This document shows, piece after piece, positions 18,688 through 27,971 of a stretch of 64,000 nucleotides of DNA (within the stretch, counting starts at the first letter, position 1; each line of letters starts with the position of its first letter). Source of the stretch: Limisphaerales bacterium (GTDB taxonomy: Bacteria > Verrucomicrobiota > Verrucomicrobiia > Limisphaerales > JADLHS01); assembly GCA_044225555.1 (NCBI GenBank), contig JBGAIM010000010.1:9457-73456 (forward strand), in the 5' to 3' direction. The notes below the pieces were generated by a model, which saw only the letters and a list, made by a program, of their open reading frames with translations, was not told the DNA's origin and ran no database searches. Both the position numbers and the translations under genes were made by a program.

Positions 18688-19350
18688 TCAAGAATCGGGT
18701 GGAGCTTGAACATTGGTTTCATTCCGGCCAGCCGAATCGGCGCTGCGCGGTTTGAACATGGGCAGTCCTAGTTTCCAACGGATGGCGGCCAGCCGAAGCA
18801 GCAGGATGGTGGCAATTGCCACCAAGCGGTGGGAGGGCCTGCCTGGGAGGAAGCGTTCCAGCAGCACGAACAATCCCGCCCCGCAAAACGCGGCGGTCGC
18901 GTAGAGATAAATCGCCTTGCGGAACACCAGCGGAATTTCACCCGTCAATACGTCGCGCATCAATCCACCGCCCACACCCGTCACCACGCCGAGAAAAATC
19001 GCGATGGTGGGCGATACCCAGCACGCGAGAGACTTCTCCACGCCGATCATGGTGAACAACGCCAAGCCGAACGCATCGGCGACGAGCAGTACCGCCTGCG
19101 GCAATTCCCAGAACCGGGCGACGACAAACGTGACCAGCGCTGCGGCCACCGCGGTGTGAACGTAGTGGGGGTCCGCGATCCAGAAATTGGGCGACACGCC
19201 CAGCATCAGATCGCGAACCGTGCCGCCGCCCAGGGCGGTGACCAGGGCCAGCACAACGACCCCAAAGAGGTCGAGCTGCTTGCCTTTGCCGGCGAGTACG
19301 CCGGTGATGGCACAAACCGCCACGGCACAATGTTCAAGGAAGTATTGCAC
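18688..19350 (-). CDS. TRIC-family cation channel (UPF0126/YadS-like)
   Basis: 220-aa membrane protein with duplicated 'GGGxxRD' motifs ('ALGGGTVRDLMLG', 'GVGGGLMRDVLTG'). Confidence 0.8.
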   Translation of the reverse strand: MQYFLEHCAVAVCAITGVLAGKGKQLDLFGVVVLALVTALGGGTVRDLMLGVSPNFWIADPHYVHTAVAAALVTFVVARFWELPQAVLLVADAFGLALFTMIGVEKSLACWVSPTIAIFLGVVTGVGGGLMRDVLTGEIPLVFRKAIYLYATAAFCGAGLFVLLERFLPGRPSHRLVAIATILLLRLAAIRWKLGLPMFKPRSADSAGRNETNVQAPPDS

Positions 19351-19374
19351 GTTTGATCAAGGACGTCGGATACC

Positions 19375-19542
19375 TCAGCGGCCCGCTCGCGTGACCTCCT
19401 CCGCGATGATCTGCAGGCCCTCTCGCCGACCGAGATTGTCCATCAACTCCAGCATGCCGCTGTGCCCGGCTAGTTTGACGCCGGCGAGCGAGAATTCCGG
19501 CCCCGCCGGATTCCCACTGGTTTTGAACTTTTGCGGAGACAT
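19375..19542 (-). CDS. small hypothetical protein (55 aa), tentative
   Basis: An ATG at 19542 opens 'MSPQKFKTSGNPAGPEFSLAGVKLAGHSGMLELMDNLGRREGLQIIAEEVTRAGR'. It fills the only gap between the sulfatase and TRIC genes and its third codon positions look GC-rich like its neighbours. No family recognised. Confidence 0.3.
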   Translation of the reverse strand: MSPQKFKTSGNPAGPEFSLAGVKLAGHSGMLELMDNLGRREGLQIIAEEVTRAGR

Positions 19543-19565
19543 GGCGATCCTGCGGACGAGCCTAC

Positions 19566-21086
19566 TCACTCCTCGACCCCAGGCGAAGCCTGACGAATCT
19601 TGTCGAGCTGCTCGGAGAGCGCCCCGGTTCGCGCCGGTTGTGGTGTGGCGAGATTGTTGGTTTCGCCTCTGTCGGCATCTACCCGGTAAAGCTCCGGCTT
19701 TGCGCCTGGCGGCTTCGCGTTTCGCGGCGGGGTGGCGAGCTTCCAAGAATTGCTGCGAACTCCCAGCCGGTTGAAACCATCATGTTCCACAAGCAGTGTC
19801 CGGCCAGTTTGGGTTTCACCAAGTAGCGCCGGCAGGACATTCTGGCTATCAGGCGCTTCACCCGATGGAAAGGTCTCATGGTTTAGGGTGGCAAAGGATT
19901 TCAACAAATCCACCTGACAAATGAGGGCGTCCGAGAGTCCAGGTTTGACCCGTCCTGGCCAGCGAACCAGAAATGGAACGCGCGTGCCGCCCTCGTAGAT
20001 GCTGTATTTGCCGCCCCGCAGCGGGCCGGCCGGTTTGTGCCCGTTCAAATCGCGGACCGCGCCGTCGGCGTAACCGTCATCTAGGACCGGTCCATTGTCG
20101 CTGGACAGAATGACCAGTGTATTGGTCGCCAGATGCAACCGATCAAGTGCCGCTAGAACTTCGCCCACGCACCAGTCGAGCTGCACGATCACGTCGCCGC
20201 GCACACCGCAACCACTCTTGCCGACGAAGCGCGGATGCGGCACGCGCGGCACGTGCGGGTCGTGCGTGGCAAAGTAGAGGAAGAAAGGTTGGTTGGTGTT
20301 GCGTTCGATGAAGCGTACCGCCTGTTTGGTGAACGTGTCCGCCATGTCCTCGTCCTTCCAGCGCGCTGCTTTGCCTCCAGTCATGAAACCAATGCGGCTG
20401 ATGCCGTTGATGATCGTGCCGTCGTGACCGGCGGTCAGGCCCATTCTCAGCAATTCCGGGTGTTGCTTGCCGGTAGGTTCGTCGCCGATGGGTTTGCCGT
20501 AGCTCACTTGGATGGGATCCGCCGGATCTAACCCCACCACCCGATGATCCTCGATGTAAACACACGGCACGCGGTCGCCCGTCGCTGCCATGATGAAGCA
20601 GTAATCAAATCCAATCTCCAGCGGACCGGGCGCGACGACTCCATTCCAGTCCGCGCCGCTGGGTCCGCCCAAACCCAAATGCCACTTGCCGACCACGCCA
20701 GTGCGGTACCGCGCCTTTTGCAGGATTCCGGGCAGGGTGATGTGATTGGTGGGGATGATGAGGGAAGCGTTGCCAGGCAGAATACCGGTCCCCTTTTTGC
20801 GCCACGGATATTCCCCGGTAAGCAAGGCATAACGCGATGGGGTGCAAGTCGCCGACGTGGCATGCGCGTCGGTGAAGCGCAGCCCTTCACGAGCCAGGCG
20901 GTCTATATTGGGAGTCGCAATCTTCGTCGCGCCGTAGCAGCCGACATCGCCATAGCCGAGGTCGTCGGCAAGGATCAAAACGATATTCGGCGACGACGGT
21001 CTGGTGGCTGCGTTACTTGACGGGACACCAACGATTCCGAGCACAACAAAAACCACCAATCTTGATAGCGTGTTCATGTGACTCAA
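19566..21086 (-). CDS. arylsulfatase-family sulfatase (Cys-type, formylglycine-dependent)
   Basis: Signal peptide, 'LILADDLGYGDVGCYG', and the active-site box 'CTPSRYALLTG' (C-x-P-x-R). Confidence 0.9.
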   Translation of the reverse strand: MSHMNTLSRLVVFVVLGIVGVPSSNAATRPSSPNIVLILADDLGYGDVGCYGATKIATPNIDRLAREGLRFTDAHATSATCTPSRYALLTGEYPWRKKGTGILPGNASLIIPTNHITLPGILQKARYRTGVVGKWHLGLGGPSGADWNGVVAPGPLEIGFDYCFIMAATGDRVPCVYIEDHRVVGLDPADPIQVSYGKPIGDEPTGKQHPELLRMGLTAGHDGTIINGISRIGFMTGGKAARWKDEDMADTFTKQAVRFIERNTNQPFFLYFATHDPHVPRVPHPRFVGKSGCGVRGDVIVQLDWCVGEVLAALDRLHLATNTLVILSSDNGPVLDDGYADGAVRDLNGHKPAGPLRGGKYSIYEGGTRVPFLVRWPGRVKPGLSDALICQVDLLKSFATLNHETFPSGEAPDSQNVLPALLGETQTGRTLLVEHDGFNRLGVRSNSWKLATPPRNAKPPGAKPELYRVDADRGETNNLATPQPARTGALSEQLDKIRQASPGVEE

Positions 21087-21088
21087 CT

Positions 21089-22498
21089 CTAGTTATCGTT
21101 TCGCGCGACCGGCATTTGGGCTCCGCTTTGTTTCAACCACGCATCTAAGCGGCGGCTTAGTTCCTTCAACTTCTCGGGCTGCGTGGAGGCCTGGTCGTTC
21201 TCTTCGGAGGGATCCATGCTCAAGTGATACAACTCTTGCCGGTCAGTTTCATAGAACCGGATCAATTTCCAATCACCCACGAGAGCTACGCTGTAGGGCG
21301 ACACCTTCCCACCATTCCAGTAGTGCGGGTAGTGCCAGAACAGGGCGTCGCGCGCCAGTGCCTTGTCGCCCTTCAGCAACGGCACGATGCTCACGCCGTC
21401 GGGCACGCTACGAGTGGCGGCATTGGCACCGGCCAGCTCGAGCAGCGTCGGAAAGAAGTCCATGCTGATGACCGGCACGTCGCAAAGGCTCCCGGCGCGG
21501 GTGAGTCCCGGCGCTCTAATGATCAGCGGAACGCGCAGGCCGCCTTCGTAGGCGCTGCCTTTGCCGTCGCGCAATGGCCAGTTGGCGGTGGCCGGCGGTT
21601 TCCCGAGGTGGACCGCGCCTCCGTTGTCCGATGTGAAAACGATCACCGTGCGATCGTTCAGTTTGAGTTCGTCCAGTTTTCGGAGAATTCTGCCCACGCT
21701 TTCGTCCACGCTGGTGAGCATGGCTGCGTAAACCTGGTTGCTCTGTCCCAATGATCCCGGGCGTTCGGCGGCTTCCGCAATCAGGTTCGATTTCGCCATC
21801 AAGGGACTGTGAACGGAATAATGGCAGAGACTTAGATAAAACGGGCGGTCCTTGCTCGCCTCGATAAACTGGAGCGCTTCCTCGGTGAGTTGGTCGGCCA
21901 GATAGTCCTTGGTGTGGCCGCCGCGCTCGGCCAGACCCGGCACGCGATGCGATTTACCCTCCGCTCCATACGGCCAGAAATAAGAGGCCGGGTGACCAAT
22001 GTCACCGCCAGCAACGTTGAGGTCGAAACCCTGATGCTCAGGAAAAAATGCCGGCCCGCCCAGATGCCACTTCCCGATGTGGGCGGTTTGGTAACCGAGC
22101 TTCTTCAGCGCTTCGGCCAGGGTGGTTTCTTCCAGCGGCAGTTGCTGCTGCCAGTCTGGTAGTTTGAATCGACTGTTCTTCGGCACGCCTTCGCCGGCGA
22201 TCCAGTCCGTCAAATGCAGCCTTGCCGGGCTTTTGCCGGTCTGGATGGCCGCCCGGGTGGGTGAACACACCGCGCAGGCAGCGTAGGCGCGGGTGAATCG
22301 CATACTTGAAGCCGCCAGGGCTTCCAGGTTCGGGGTGCGATAAAATTTGCTCCCGAAACATCCGCCATCCGCCGCTCCCATGTCGTCAATCAGGATGAAG
22401 ACGAAATTCGGTTTTGCCTCTGCCGCCGAAGCAGTGGTTAAAGCGAGCGAAACACAGCTGAGCAGGACGAGCAGAATTGAAACAATCTTTTGCTTCAC
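21089..22498 (-). CDS. sulfatase (Cys-type)
   Basis: A GTG start at 22498 gives the signal peptide 'VKQKIVSILLVLLSCVSLALTTASA', followed by 'FILIDDMGAADGGCFG' and 'CSPTRAAIQTG'. The start overlaps the upstream stop as GTGA. The 146-aa upstream extension in the track ORF overlaps the previous sulfatase. Confidence 0.85.
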   Translation of the reverse strand: MKQKIVSILLVLLSCVSLALTTASAAEAKPNFVFILIDDMGAADGGCFGSKFYRTPNLEALAASSMRFTRAYAACAVCSPTRAAIQTGKSPARLHLTDWIAGEGVPKNSRFKLPDWQQQLPLEETTLAEALKKLGYQTAHIGKWHLGGPAFFPEHQGFDLNVAGGDIGHPASYFWPYGAEGKSHRVPGLAERGGHTKDYLADQLTEEALQFIEASKDRPFYLSLCHYSVHSPLMAKSNLIAEAAERPGSLGQSNQVYAAMLTSVDESVGRILRKLDELKLNDRTVIVFTSDNGGAVHLGKPPATANWPLRDGKGSAYEGGLRVPLIIRAPGLTRAGSLCDVPVISMDFFPTLLELAGANAATRSVPDGVSIVPLLKGDKALARDALFWHYPHYWNGGKVSPYSVALVGDWKLIRFYETDRQELYHLSMDPSEENDQASTQPEKLKELSRRLDAWLKQSGAQMPVARNDN

Positions 22499-24009
22499 GG
22501 CTTGGCCTTTTGATCGAGGGAAGGAAACGGGAAAGCCTCCGAAGGCGTGTGTTGTTCCTTCATGATTGCTTCGAGCTTGGTGACGACTTCCGGATTTGCT
22601 CCGGCGACATTCTCCTTTTCCGTCGGATCGTTCGCGAGGTTGTAAAGCTCGGTCGTGGGGGCGGCGGGTTGCTTTGCCGTCCCGCGCAAATTTCGCTTGA
22701 GCAGCTTCCAATCGCCGACGCGCACCATTTGCTGGCCGCCGTAGCCGAAGAATTCCCGATACAGAAACGATCGTTCCGGTTGTTTGCCGCCGAGCAAGGT
22801 GGGCGCAAAGTTGATCCCGTCGAGATTCTTGGGCGTCGCGTTGGTCGCGCCGGCGAGTGCGAGCAACGTTGGCAGCCAGTCTTCGAAGCCCGTGACCAAA
22901 GTCGAGGTCGCGCCGACCGGCACGTGGCCTTTCCAACGGACAATGAGCGGAACCCGGACCCCGCCCTCAGACAGCGCGCCCTTGTAGCCATTCAGGTCTC
23001 CATTCGATTGTAAATAATCCGGATCGAAACCTGCAAGTTCGTACACCGCACCATTGTCCGAGGTGAAAATGAAAAGGGTCTCCTCCTCAAGACCAAGTTG
23101 CTTCACCAATTGTACCAGGTCGCCGATGTCGCGGTCCATGCGGGTCACCATTGCGGCATAAGCGGCGCGAGGGAATTGTTGCGGCAGGTAGCCGTTGCCG
23201 CCGACGTAGGGTTGGTCATCCAGTTTTCCACGGTATTCGGCGAGCGAGTCCTCGGGCACTTGCAAGGCCAGGTGCGGCACGGTCGTCGGGTAAAACAGAA
23301 GGAATGGCTTGGACCGGTTGTCGCGAATGAACTGCAGTGCATGTTCCCGGCACAGATCAGGCGCATACTGTTGGCCTTTGAAGCTGGCGTAACTCGCGGC
23401 GTCATTCGGATTCGCGCCGGCGGGCAGAGACAAACCTTCCTTCTCCGACACGTTTGTGTTGCCGGTCAACGGATAGCGGGCTGCATCATCAATCAAATAC
23501 TGCGGGTAATAATTGTGCGCCGGGCGCTGGTCGTTGAACCCGAAGAAGTGATCGAAACCGTGCTGCAACGGATCCCCCGAAGTGCCGACGCCCCCCAATC
23601 CCCATTTGCCGAACGCGCCGGTGGCGTAACCCTCCGCCCTGAGCAGCGTGGCGAGGGTGGTTTCAGTCTTTGGAATCGGAAACTGACCCTGGCCGGAATA
23701 CCAGTCGCCCACTTCCTTGTTGTCGCGAATGAAGGCGTGGCCCGGATGTCTGCCCGTCAGTAACACGCAACGTGACGGCGCGCAAACCGCGTTGCCGGCG
23801 TAGTGCTGCGTGAACTTCATTCCCTCGGCGGCCAGCCGGTCGAGCGTCGGCGTGCGAATGATCTTCTGGCCAAAGGGACCGATGTCGCCGTAGCCCAGAT
23901 CGTCGGCCAGGATGAAAACGATGTTGGGCTTCCGCCCCGCTTCACCAAAGCAGGGTGCGGCCATGAACGAGGTCGCCGCCAGCAGCAAAACCAATCGTTT
24001 CATGGTCAC
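22495..24009 (-). CDS. sulfatase (Cys-type)
   Basis: Signal peptide 'MTMKRLVLLLAATSFMAAPCFG', 'FILADDLGYGDIGPFG' and 'CAPSRCVLLTG'. Confidence 0.9.
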   Translation of the reverse strand: MTMKRLVLLLAATSFMAAPCFGEAGRKPNIVFILADDLGYGDIGPFGQKIIRTPTLDRLAAEGMKFTQHYAGNAVCAPSRCVLLTGRHPGHAFIRDNKEVGDWYSGQGQFPIPKTETTLATLLRAEGYATGAFGKWGLGGVGTSGDPLQHGFDHFFGFNDQRPAHNYYPQYLIDDAARYPLTGNTNVSEKEGLSLPAGANPNDAASYASFKGQQYAPDLCREHALQFIRDNRSKPFLLFYPTTVPHLALQVPEDSLAEYRGKLDDQPYVGGNGYLPQQFPRAAYAAMVTRMDRDIGDLVQLVKQLGLEEETLFIFTSDNGAVYELAGFDPDYLQSNGDLNGYKGALSEGGVRVPLIVRWKGHVPVGATSTLVTGFEDWLPTLLALAGATNATPKNLDGINFAPTLLGGKQPERSFLYREFFGYGGQQMVRVGDWKLLKRNLRGTAKQPAAPTTELYNLANDPTEKENVAGANPEVVTKLEAIMKEQHTPSEAFPFPSLDQKAKP

Positions 24010-24025
24010 AAGCGGGAGGTTGAGG

Positions 24026-25216
24026 TCACACGCCGAGGTCTTTCTTGACGGCGGCGAAGGCGCTCAAGGCGAGTTCCAAATCTTCCCGCGAATGGGCCGC
24101 GGAAATCTGGGTGCGAATCCGCGCTTTGCCTTGGGGCACGACGGGATAGGAAAAGCCAATGACATAAACGCCTTGTTGCAACATGGCGTCGGCGAACTTC
24201 GCCGCCAAAGCAGCGTCACCCAGCATCACCGGACAAATCGGATGCGTGCCAGGGAGAATGGTGAAACCGAGCTTGCCCATGCCCTCACGGAAGAATTTCG
24301 TGTTCGCCTCCAGCTTGTCACGCAGGGCCGGTGATTCGCTCAAGAGCTCCAGCACTTTCAACGACGCACCGGCAATGCTGGGCGCAAGCGTGTTGGAAAA
24401 CAGATACGGTCGCGAGCGTTGGCGCAGGTATTCGACGATCTCCTTGCGCCCACTGGTGTAACCGCCGCTCGCGCCACCAAGCGCCTTGCCGAGCGTGCCG
24501 GTGATGATATCCACGCGACCCATCACGCCGCAGTGTTCATGCGTGCCGCGCCCCGTCTTGCCGATGAAGCCGACGGCGTGCGAGTCGTCCACCATCACGA
24601 GCGCGTTGTATTTGTCGGCCACATCGCAGACCGCTTTCAGGTTGGCGATGTAACCGTCCATCGAGAACACGCCGTCGGTGGCGATCATTTTGAAGCGCAC
24701 CTGTTTTGCGTCGGCCTCTTGCAACTTCGCCTCCAGGTCGGCCATGTCGTTGTTCTTGTAGCGATACCGCTGCGCTTTGCAGAGCCGGATGCCATCAATA
24801 ATGCTAGCGTGGTTGAGTTCGTCCGAGATGATGGCGTCTTGTTCGCCCAGCAAGGTTTCAAACAAACCCCCATTCGCATCGAAGCAAGAGGAGTAGAGGA
24901 TCGTGTCTTCCGTGCCGAGAAACTCGCTGAGCTTCTGCTCCAGTTGCTTGTGAACTCCTTGCGTGCCGCAGATGAACCGCACGCTCGCACAGCCGTAACC
25001 CCATTGCTTGAGCGCAGCGTGAGCCGCTTCAGCCACCGCCGGGTGTTGCGCGAGCCCGAGGTAATTGTTGGCGCACAGGTTGAGCACCGGTTTGCCGTCG
25101 GCCACGCGTATGCTCGTGCCTTGCGGCGTGACGATCACGCGTTCATTCTTGTAAGTGCCCGCGGCCCGCACGGCAGCCAGTTGAGATTTCAAATGGTCCT
25201 GGAATTGTGGCGTCAT
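24026..25216 (-). CDS. kbl: glycine C-acetyltransferase (2-amino-3-ketobutyrate CoA ligase)
   Basis: From the ATG at 25216: '[13 protein letters not shown]...[10 protein letters not shown]', '[10 protein letters not shown]', '[11 protein letters not shown]', '[10 protein letters not shown]', '[14 protein letters not shown]' (PLP lysine). This is the class-II aminotransferase Kbl pattern. The track ORF's 85-aa N-terminal extension overlaps the GH29 gene. Confidence 0.9.
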   Translation of the reverse strand: MTPQFQDHLKSQLAAVRAAGTYKNERVIVTPQGTSIRVADGKPVLNLCANNYLGLAQHPAVAEAAHAALKQWGYGCASVRFICGTQGVHKQLEQKLSEFLGTEDTILYSSCFDANGGLFETLLGEQDAIISDELNHASIIDGIRLCKAQRYRYKNNDMADLEAKLQEADAKQVRFKMIATDGVFSMDGYIANLKAVCDVADKYNALVMVDDSHAVGFIGKTGRGTHEHCGVMGRVDIITGTLGKALGGASGGYTSGRKEIVEYLRQRSRPYLFSNTLAPSIAGASLKVLELLSESPALRDKLEANTKFFREGMGKLGFTILPGTHPICPVMLGDAALAAKFADAMLQQGVYVIGFSYPVVPQGKARIRTQISAAHSREDLELALSAFAAVKKDLGV

Positions 25217-25220
25217 AAAT

Positions 25221-26708
25221 TCATTTCGATTGTACGCGGCCGGAGGCGGGTTCGTCATACAACCCAAATTCGGACAGGGCGGGGCCGGCAGCGGCTTGGG
25301 TGATGCGCAGTCGCACCTTGTCGGTCGTAACGGCATCAACACGCAGCAACCGGCGATTGCCAATGCTCGTGCCTTTGGCGAACTCGACCCACTTTCCCTC
25401 CTGCCAGCGATCCAGTGCGAACGCATCCACGCGCTGGCCGAGCGGCAGATACTCGCGCAGTTCGACGACACTGAAAGTCTTGGGCGTAGGCAGTGTGATG
25501 ATCAGCTCGGCATTGGTGGCATTGTCATCCGTTGACCAGTACGTGTTCCGGTTCGAGTCGAGCACCTTGGCGGCGGCAAAATCGGGTGAGCTGCCGCGCA
25601 CATTGCTGGCTTCAGCCTTGGCCGCGGCAGTCAGGTTCTGGGCAAAGGTTGCATCGAGAACTTTTCGGAACTCGCGCAGCGATTTCACGTCGTTGTCCGA
25701 GATCCGCCCGCGGCGGTCGGGCGGAAGATTCAAATTCAAGCAGGCGCCTCGACCCACGGACTTATAGTAGATGTCGAGCAGTTGCGCGGGCGATTTCACC
25801 TTGCTGTCTTCGCTGGCGTGATAGAACCAGCCGGGGCGGATGGAGACATCGCATTCGGCGGGAATCCAGTCCGTGCCCGGACGCTCGCCCGAATTTAGTC
25901 CGTCACTGCTGCCGCCGGGGTAGCGTCCGGCAGCGTTCACCGTGGCCCAGCATGGATCGCCCGCGATGCCGCGTTCATTCCCAACCCAGCGCATGTCCGG
26001 CCCGGCGTCGCTGAACATCACCGCCATGGGCATCAGTTCGCGGACGATCTTCCATGTGTTCGGCCAATCGTAATAGGTGCGATTGTCGATGGTGCGCTTC
26101 TCCCGCGCGCCGCCATAGAAACCGTCGCCGCCGTTGGCCCCGTCAAACCACACCGTGAAGATATCGCCGTAGTGGGTGAGCAGTTCGCGGAGTTGATGGC
26201 GATAGTAGGTGACATATTCGGGCCGACCATACTGCGGATGATTTCGATCCCACGGCGACAGATAAACGCCGAACTTGAGTCCTTGCTTGCGGCACGCTTC
26301 AGAAATTTCCTTCACCACATCGCCTTTGCCATTGCGCCACGGGCTGTTCTTGACCGAGTGCTCGGTGTATTGGCTGGGCCACAGACAAAAGCCGTCGTGA
26401 TGTTTTGCCGTCAGGATGAGGTCCTTCATGCCCGCGTCCTTGGCCACCCGGACAATCTGGTCGGCGTCGAAATCAGTCGGGTTGAAGACCGTCTCGCTCT
26501 CGTCGCCGTAACCCCATTCCTTATCGGTGAAAGTATTCACCGTGAAATGGAGGAAGCCGTAGAATTCCATTTCGTGCCAGCGCAACTGCCGCTCGGTCGG
26601 CACCGGGCCGAACGGTTTGGGCGGCTGCACAACTGAATTGTCAGCAACGGCAATGGCTGCGCCCAGTATCGTGCTGACGCAACAGAAGATCGCAAGGAGT
26701 GGTCTCAC
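25221..26708 (-). CDS. GH29 alpha-L-fucosidase with C-terminal F5/8 type C (discoidin) domain
   Basis: Signal peptide; '[29 protein letters not shown]', '[13 protein letters not shown]', '[12 protein letters not shown]'. The C-terminal '[13 protein letters not shown]...LSEFGLY' is discoidin-like. Confidence 0.85.
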   Translation of the reverse strand: MRPLLAIFCCVSTILGAAIAVADNSVVQPPKPFGPVPTERQLRWHEMEFYGFLHFTVNTFTDKEWGYGDESETVFNPTDFDADQIVRVAKDAGMKDLILTAKHHDGFCLWPSQYTEHSVKNSPWRNGKGDVVKEISEACRKQGLKFGVYLSPWDRNHPQYGRPEYVTYYRHQLRELLTHYGDIFTVWFDGANGGDGFYGGAREKRTIDNRTYYDWPNTWKIVRELMPMAVMFSDAGPDMRWVGNERGIAGDPCWATVNAAGRYPGGSSDGLNSGERPGTDWIPAECDVSIRPGWFYHASEDSKVKSPAQLLDIYYKSVGRGACLNLNLPPDRRGRISDNDVKSLREFRKVLDATFAQNLTAAAKAEASNVRGSSPDFAAAKVLDSNRNTYWSTDDNATNAELIITLPTPKTFSVVELREYLPLGQRVDAFALDRWQEGKWVEFAKGTSIGNRRLLRVDAVTTDKVRLRITQAAAGPALSEFGLYDEPASGRVQSK

Positions 26709-26719
26709 AGACGGGAGGC

Positions 26720-27625
26720 TTACACGCCGGGCATTTTCAAATCAAGCGGATGTCGCCGCTCCTTTGCGTCGCGGGCGAAGATCGGCCCAACGCTCACGAC
26801 CACGGACGAACCGTCGGTCGTGGCGCTGGCGGCATCGGGAGCGCCGGAGCGTTCACCCGGACCGGGATGGACCACGGAGGCGGACTTCAGTTTCGGGCAG
26901 CCGCCATTCAGCCGCGGATAACTGAAAGTCACTTTGACCTCGGGAATTTCACTGCGCGGGATTTTGGCGGTGGAATAGACCTCCACGAACGCCGCGTGAC
27001 GCGCCCAGAACGTGAAATCCGCGCCTTCAAAGCGCAGACTGCCGATGTCATGCACATCACCAGCGGGATCTTTCACGCGACAGGTGAACCAGGTGTTCGT
27101 CTTGTCCTCCGTGATCTCCGTTTGCGCTTTGACGATTTGGTAAGTGTAAGTGCCCTTTGTCCAAGCCAACGGCCGGCGCACGCTCGCAAACTCGCCTTCA
27201 TATCCGGCGCTTTCCACGAGGCAATTCGTTCCCGCCACGCGCACGTTCTCCAGACCGACGGGAGTTTTCTTGTCACTTGACCAGCGGGAGAAAATCGCGC
27301 CCTTTCCGGGATGAACGCGCGTCTGATTGGTGGCGTTGGCCCAGCCATTGATGTTCGATTGCAGACCGCCGTAGAAATCGAGGCCGTTGATCTTGGCGAT
27401 GCCACAGGGCGATACGTAGAGGTTGACGGTGTCCGGCACATCGCGATCAATCGTCACGTCCACCTCGAGCGATTGGAAATTTGTCGTGGGCTCTTCAAAC
27501 GTCCACCACACATCCGCCAGATGCCAGGGTTGCGGTGGAAGCGAATCGGATTTGGACTCAGCCGACTGCGCCGTTGCGGCCACGCTCACAGCGAGACCGA
27601 TTATGAATCGAGCGAGGGAATTCAT
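26720..27625 (-). CDS. secreted hypothetical protein, divergent DUF3472-like module
   Basis: Signal peptide. 'FYGGLQSN', 'AIFSRWSS', 'AGYEGEFASVRRPLAWTKGTYTYQIV' and 'IGSLRFEG' parallel the YFG-Q / FSvW / GeG.G / W..g..Y motif order of the DUF3472 protein at 27972-29261. Confidence 0.5.
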   Translation of the reverse strand: MNSLARFIIGLAVSVAATAQSAESKSDSLPPQPWHLADVWWTFEEPTTNFQSLEVDVTIDRDVPDTVNLYVSPCGIAKINGLDFYGGLQSNINGWANATNQTRVHPGKGAIFSRWSSDKKTPVGLENVRVAGTNCLVESAGYEGEFASVRRPLAWTKGTYTYQIVKAQTEITEDKTNTWFTCRVKDPAGDVHDIGSLRFEGADFTFWARHAAFVEVYSTAKIPRSEIPEVKVTFSYPRLNGGCPKLKSASVVHPGPGERSGAPDAASATTDGSSVVVSVGPIFARDAKERRHPLDLKMPGV

Positions 27626-27640
27626 TTCTAGGTTTGTAGG

Positions 27641-27964
27641 TCAAATACCGGTCGGTTGGTCGTGCGTGGGCACTTGAATCTTGCGTTTCGCTGGATCAGC
27701 CTGCTGGCGATAGAGCAGCACCACGTGACCCACGCGTTGCACGAGGACGCTGCTGGAGCGTTCAGCCAGTTGTGGTGCGAGTTGCTTCTTCTCCTCTTTG
27801 TGCGCGTGGAGTTTCACTTTGACCAGCTCCTGATTGTCGAGAGCCTGATTCAAGCTCGCGAGCAACGCGTCCGTCAAACCCGCTTGCCCGAAGTGAACGG
27901 TGGGTTCAAGTCGCTGGCCAAGTCCGCGCAAGTAGGCAATTTGCTTGGTGCTGAGTTCGCTCAT
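27641..27964 (-). CDS. yhbY: CRM-domain RNA-binding protein YhbY
   Basis: 'LSTKQIAYLRGLGQRLEPTVHFGQAGLTDALLASLNQALDNQELVKVKL' is the typical YhbY/CRS1 pattern. Confidence 0.8.
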   Translation of the reverse strand: MSELSTKQIAYLRGLGQRLEPTVHFGQAGLTDALLASLNQALDNQELVKVKLHAHKEEKKQLAPQLAERSSSVLVQRVGHVVLLYRQQADPAKRKIQVPTHDQPTGI

Positions 27965-27971
27965 GCGAGCA

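Noticed and set aside
21089-22936. N-terminal extensions of track ORFs beyond the starts I chose: 21089..22936, 24026..25471, 44157..46718, 49005..51443, 53559..56990, 56831..60850, 61678..62859, 15853..18654 and 6889..8373.
   Set aside because: The extensions overlap the preceding gene, lack signal peptides and look non-protein-like. Internal ATG/GTG codons give canonical signal peptides or known N-termini, and produce 4-nt overlaps or short spacers.
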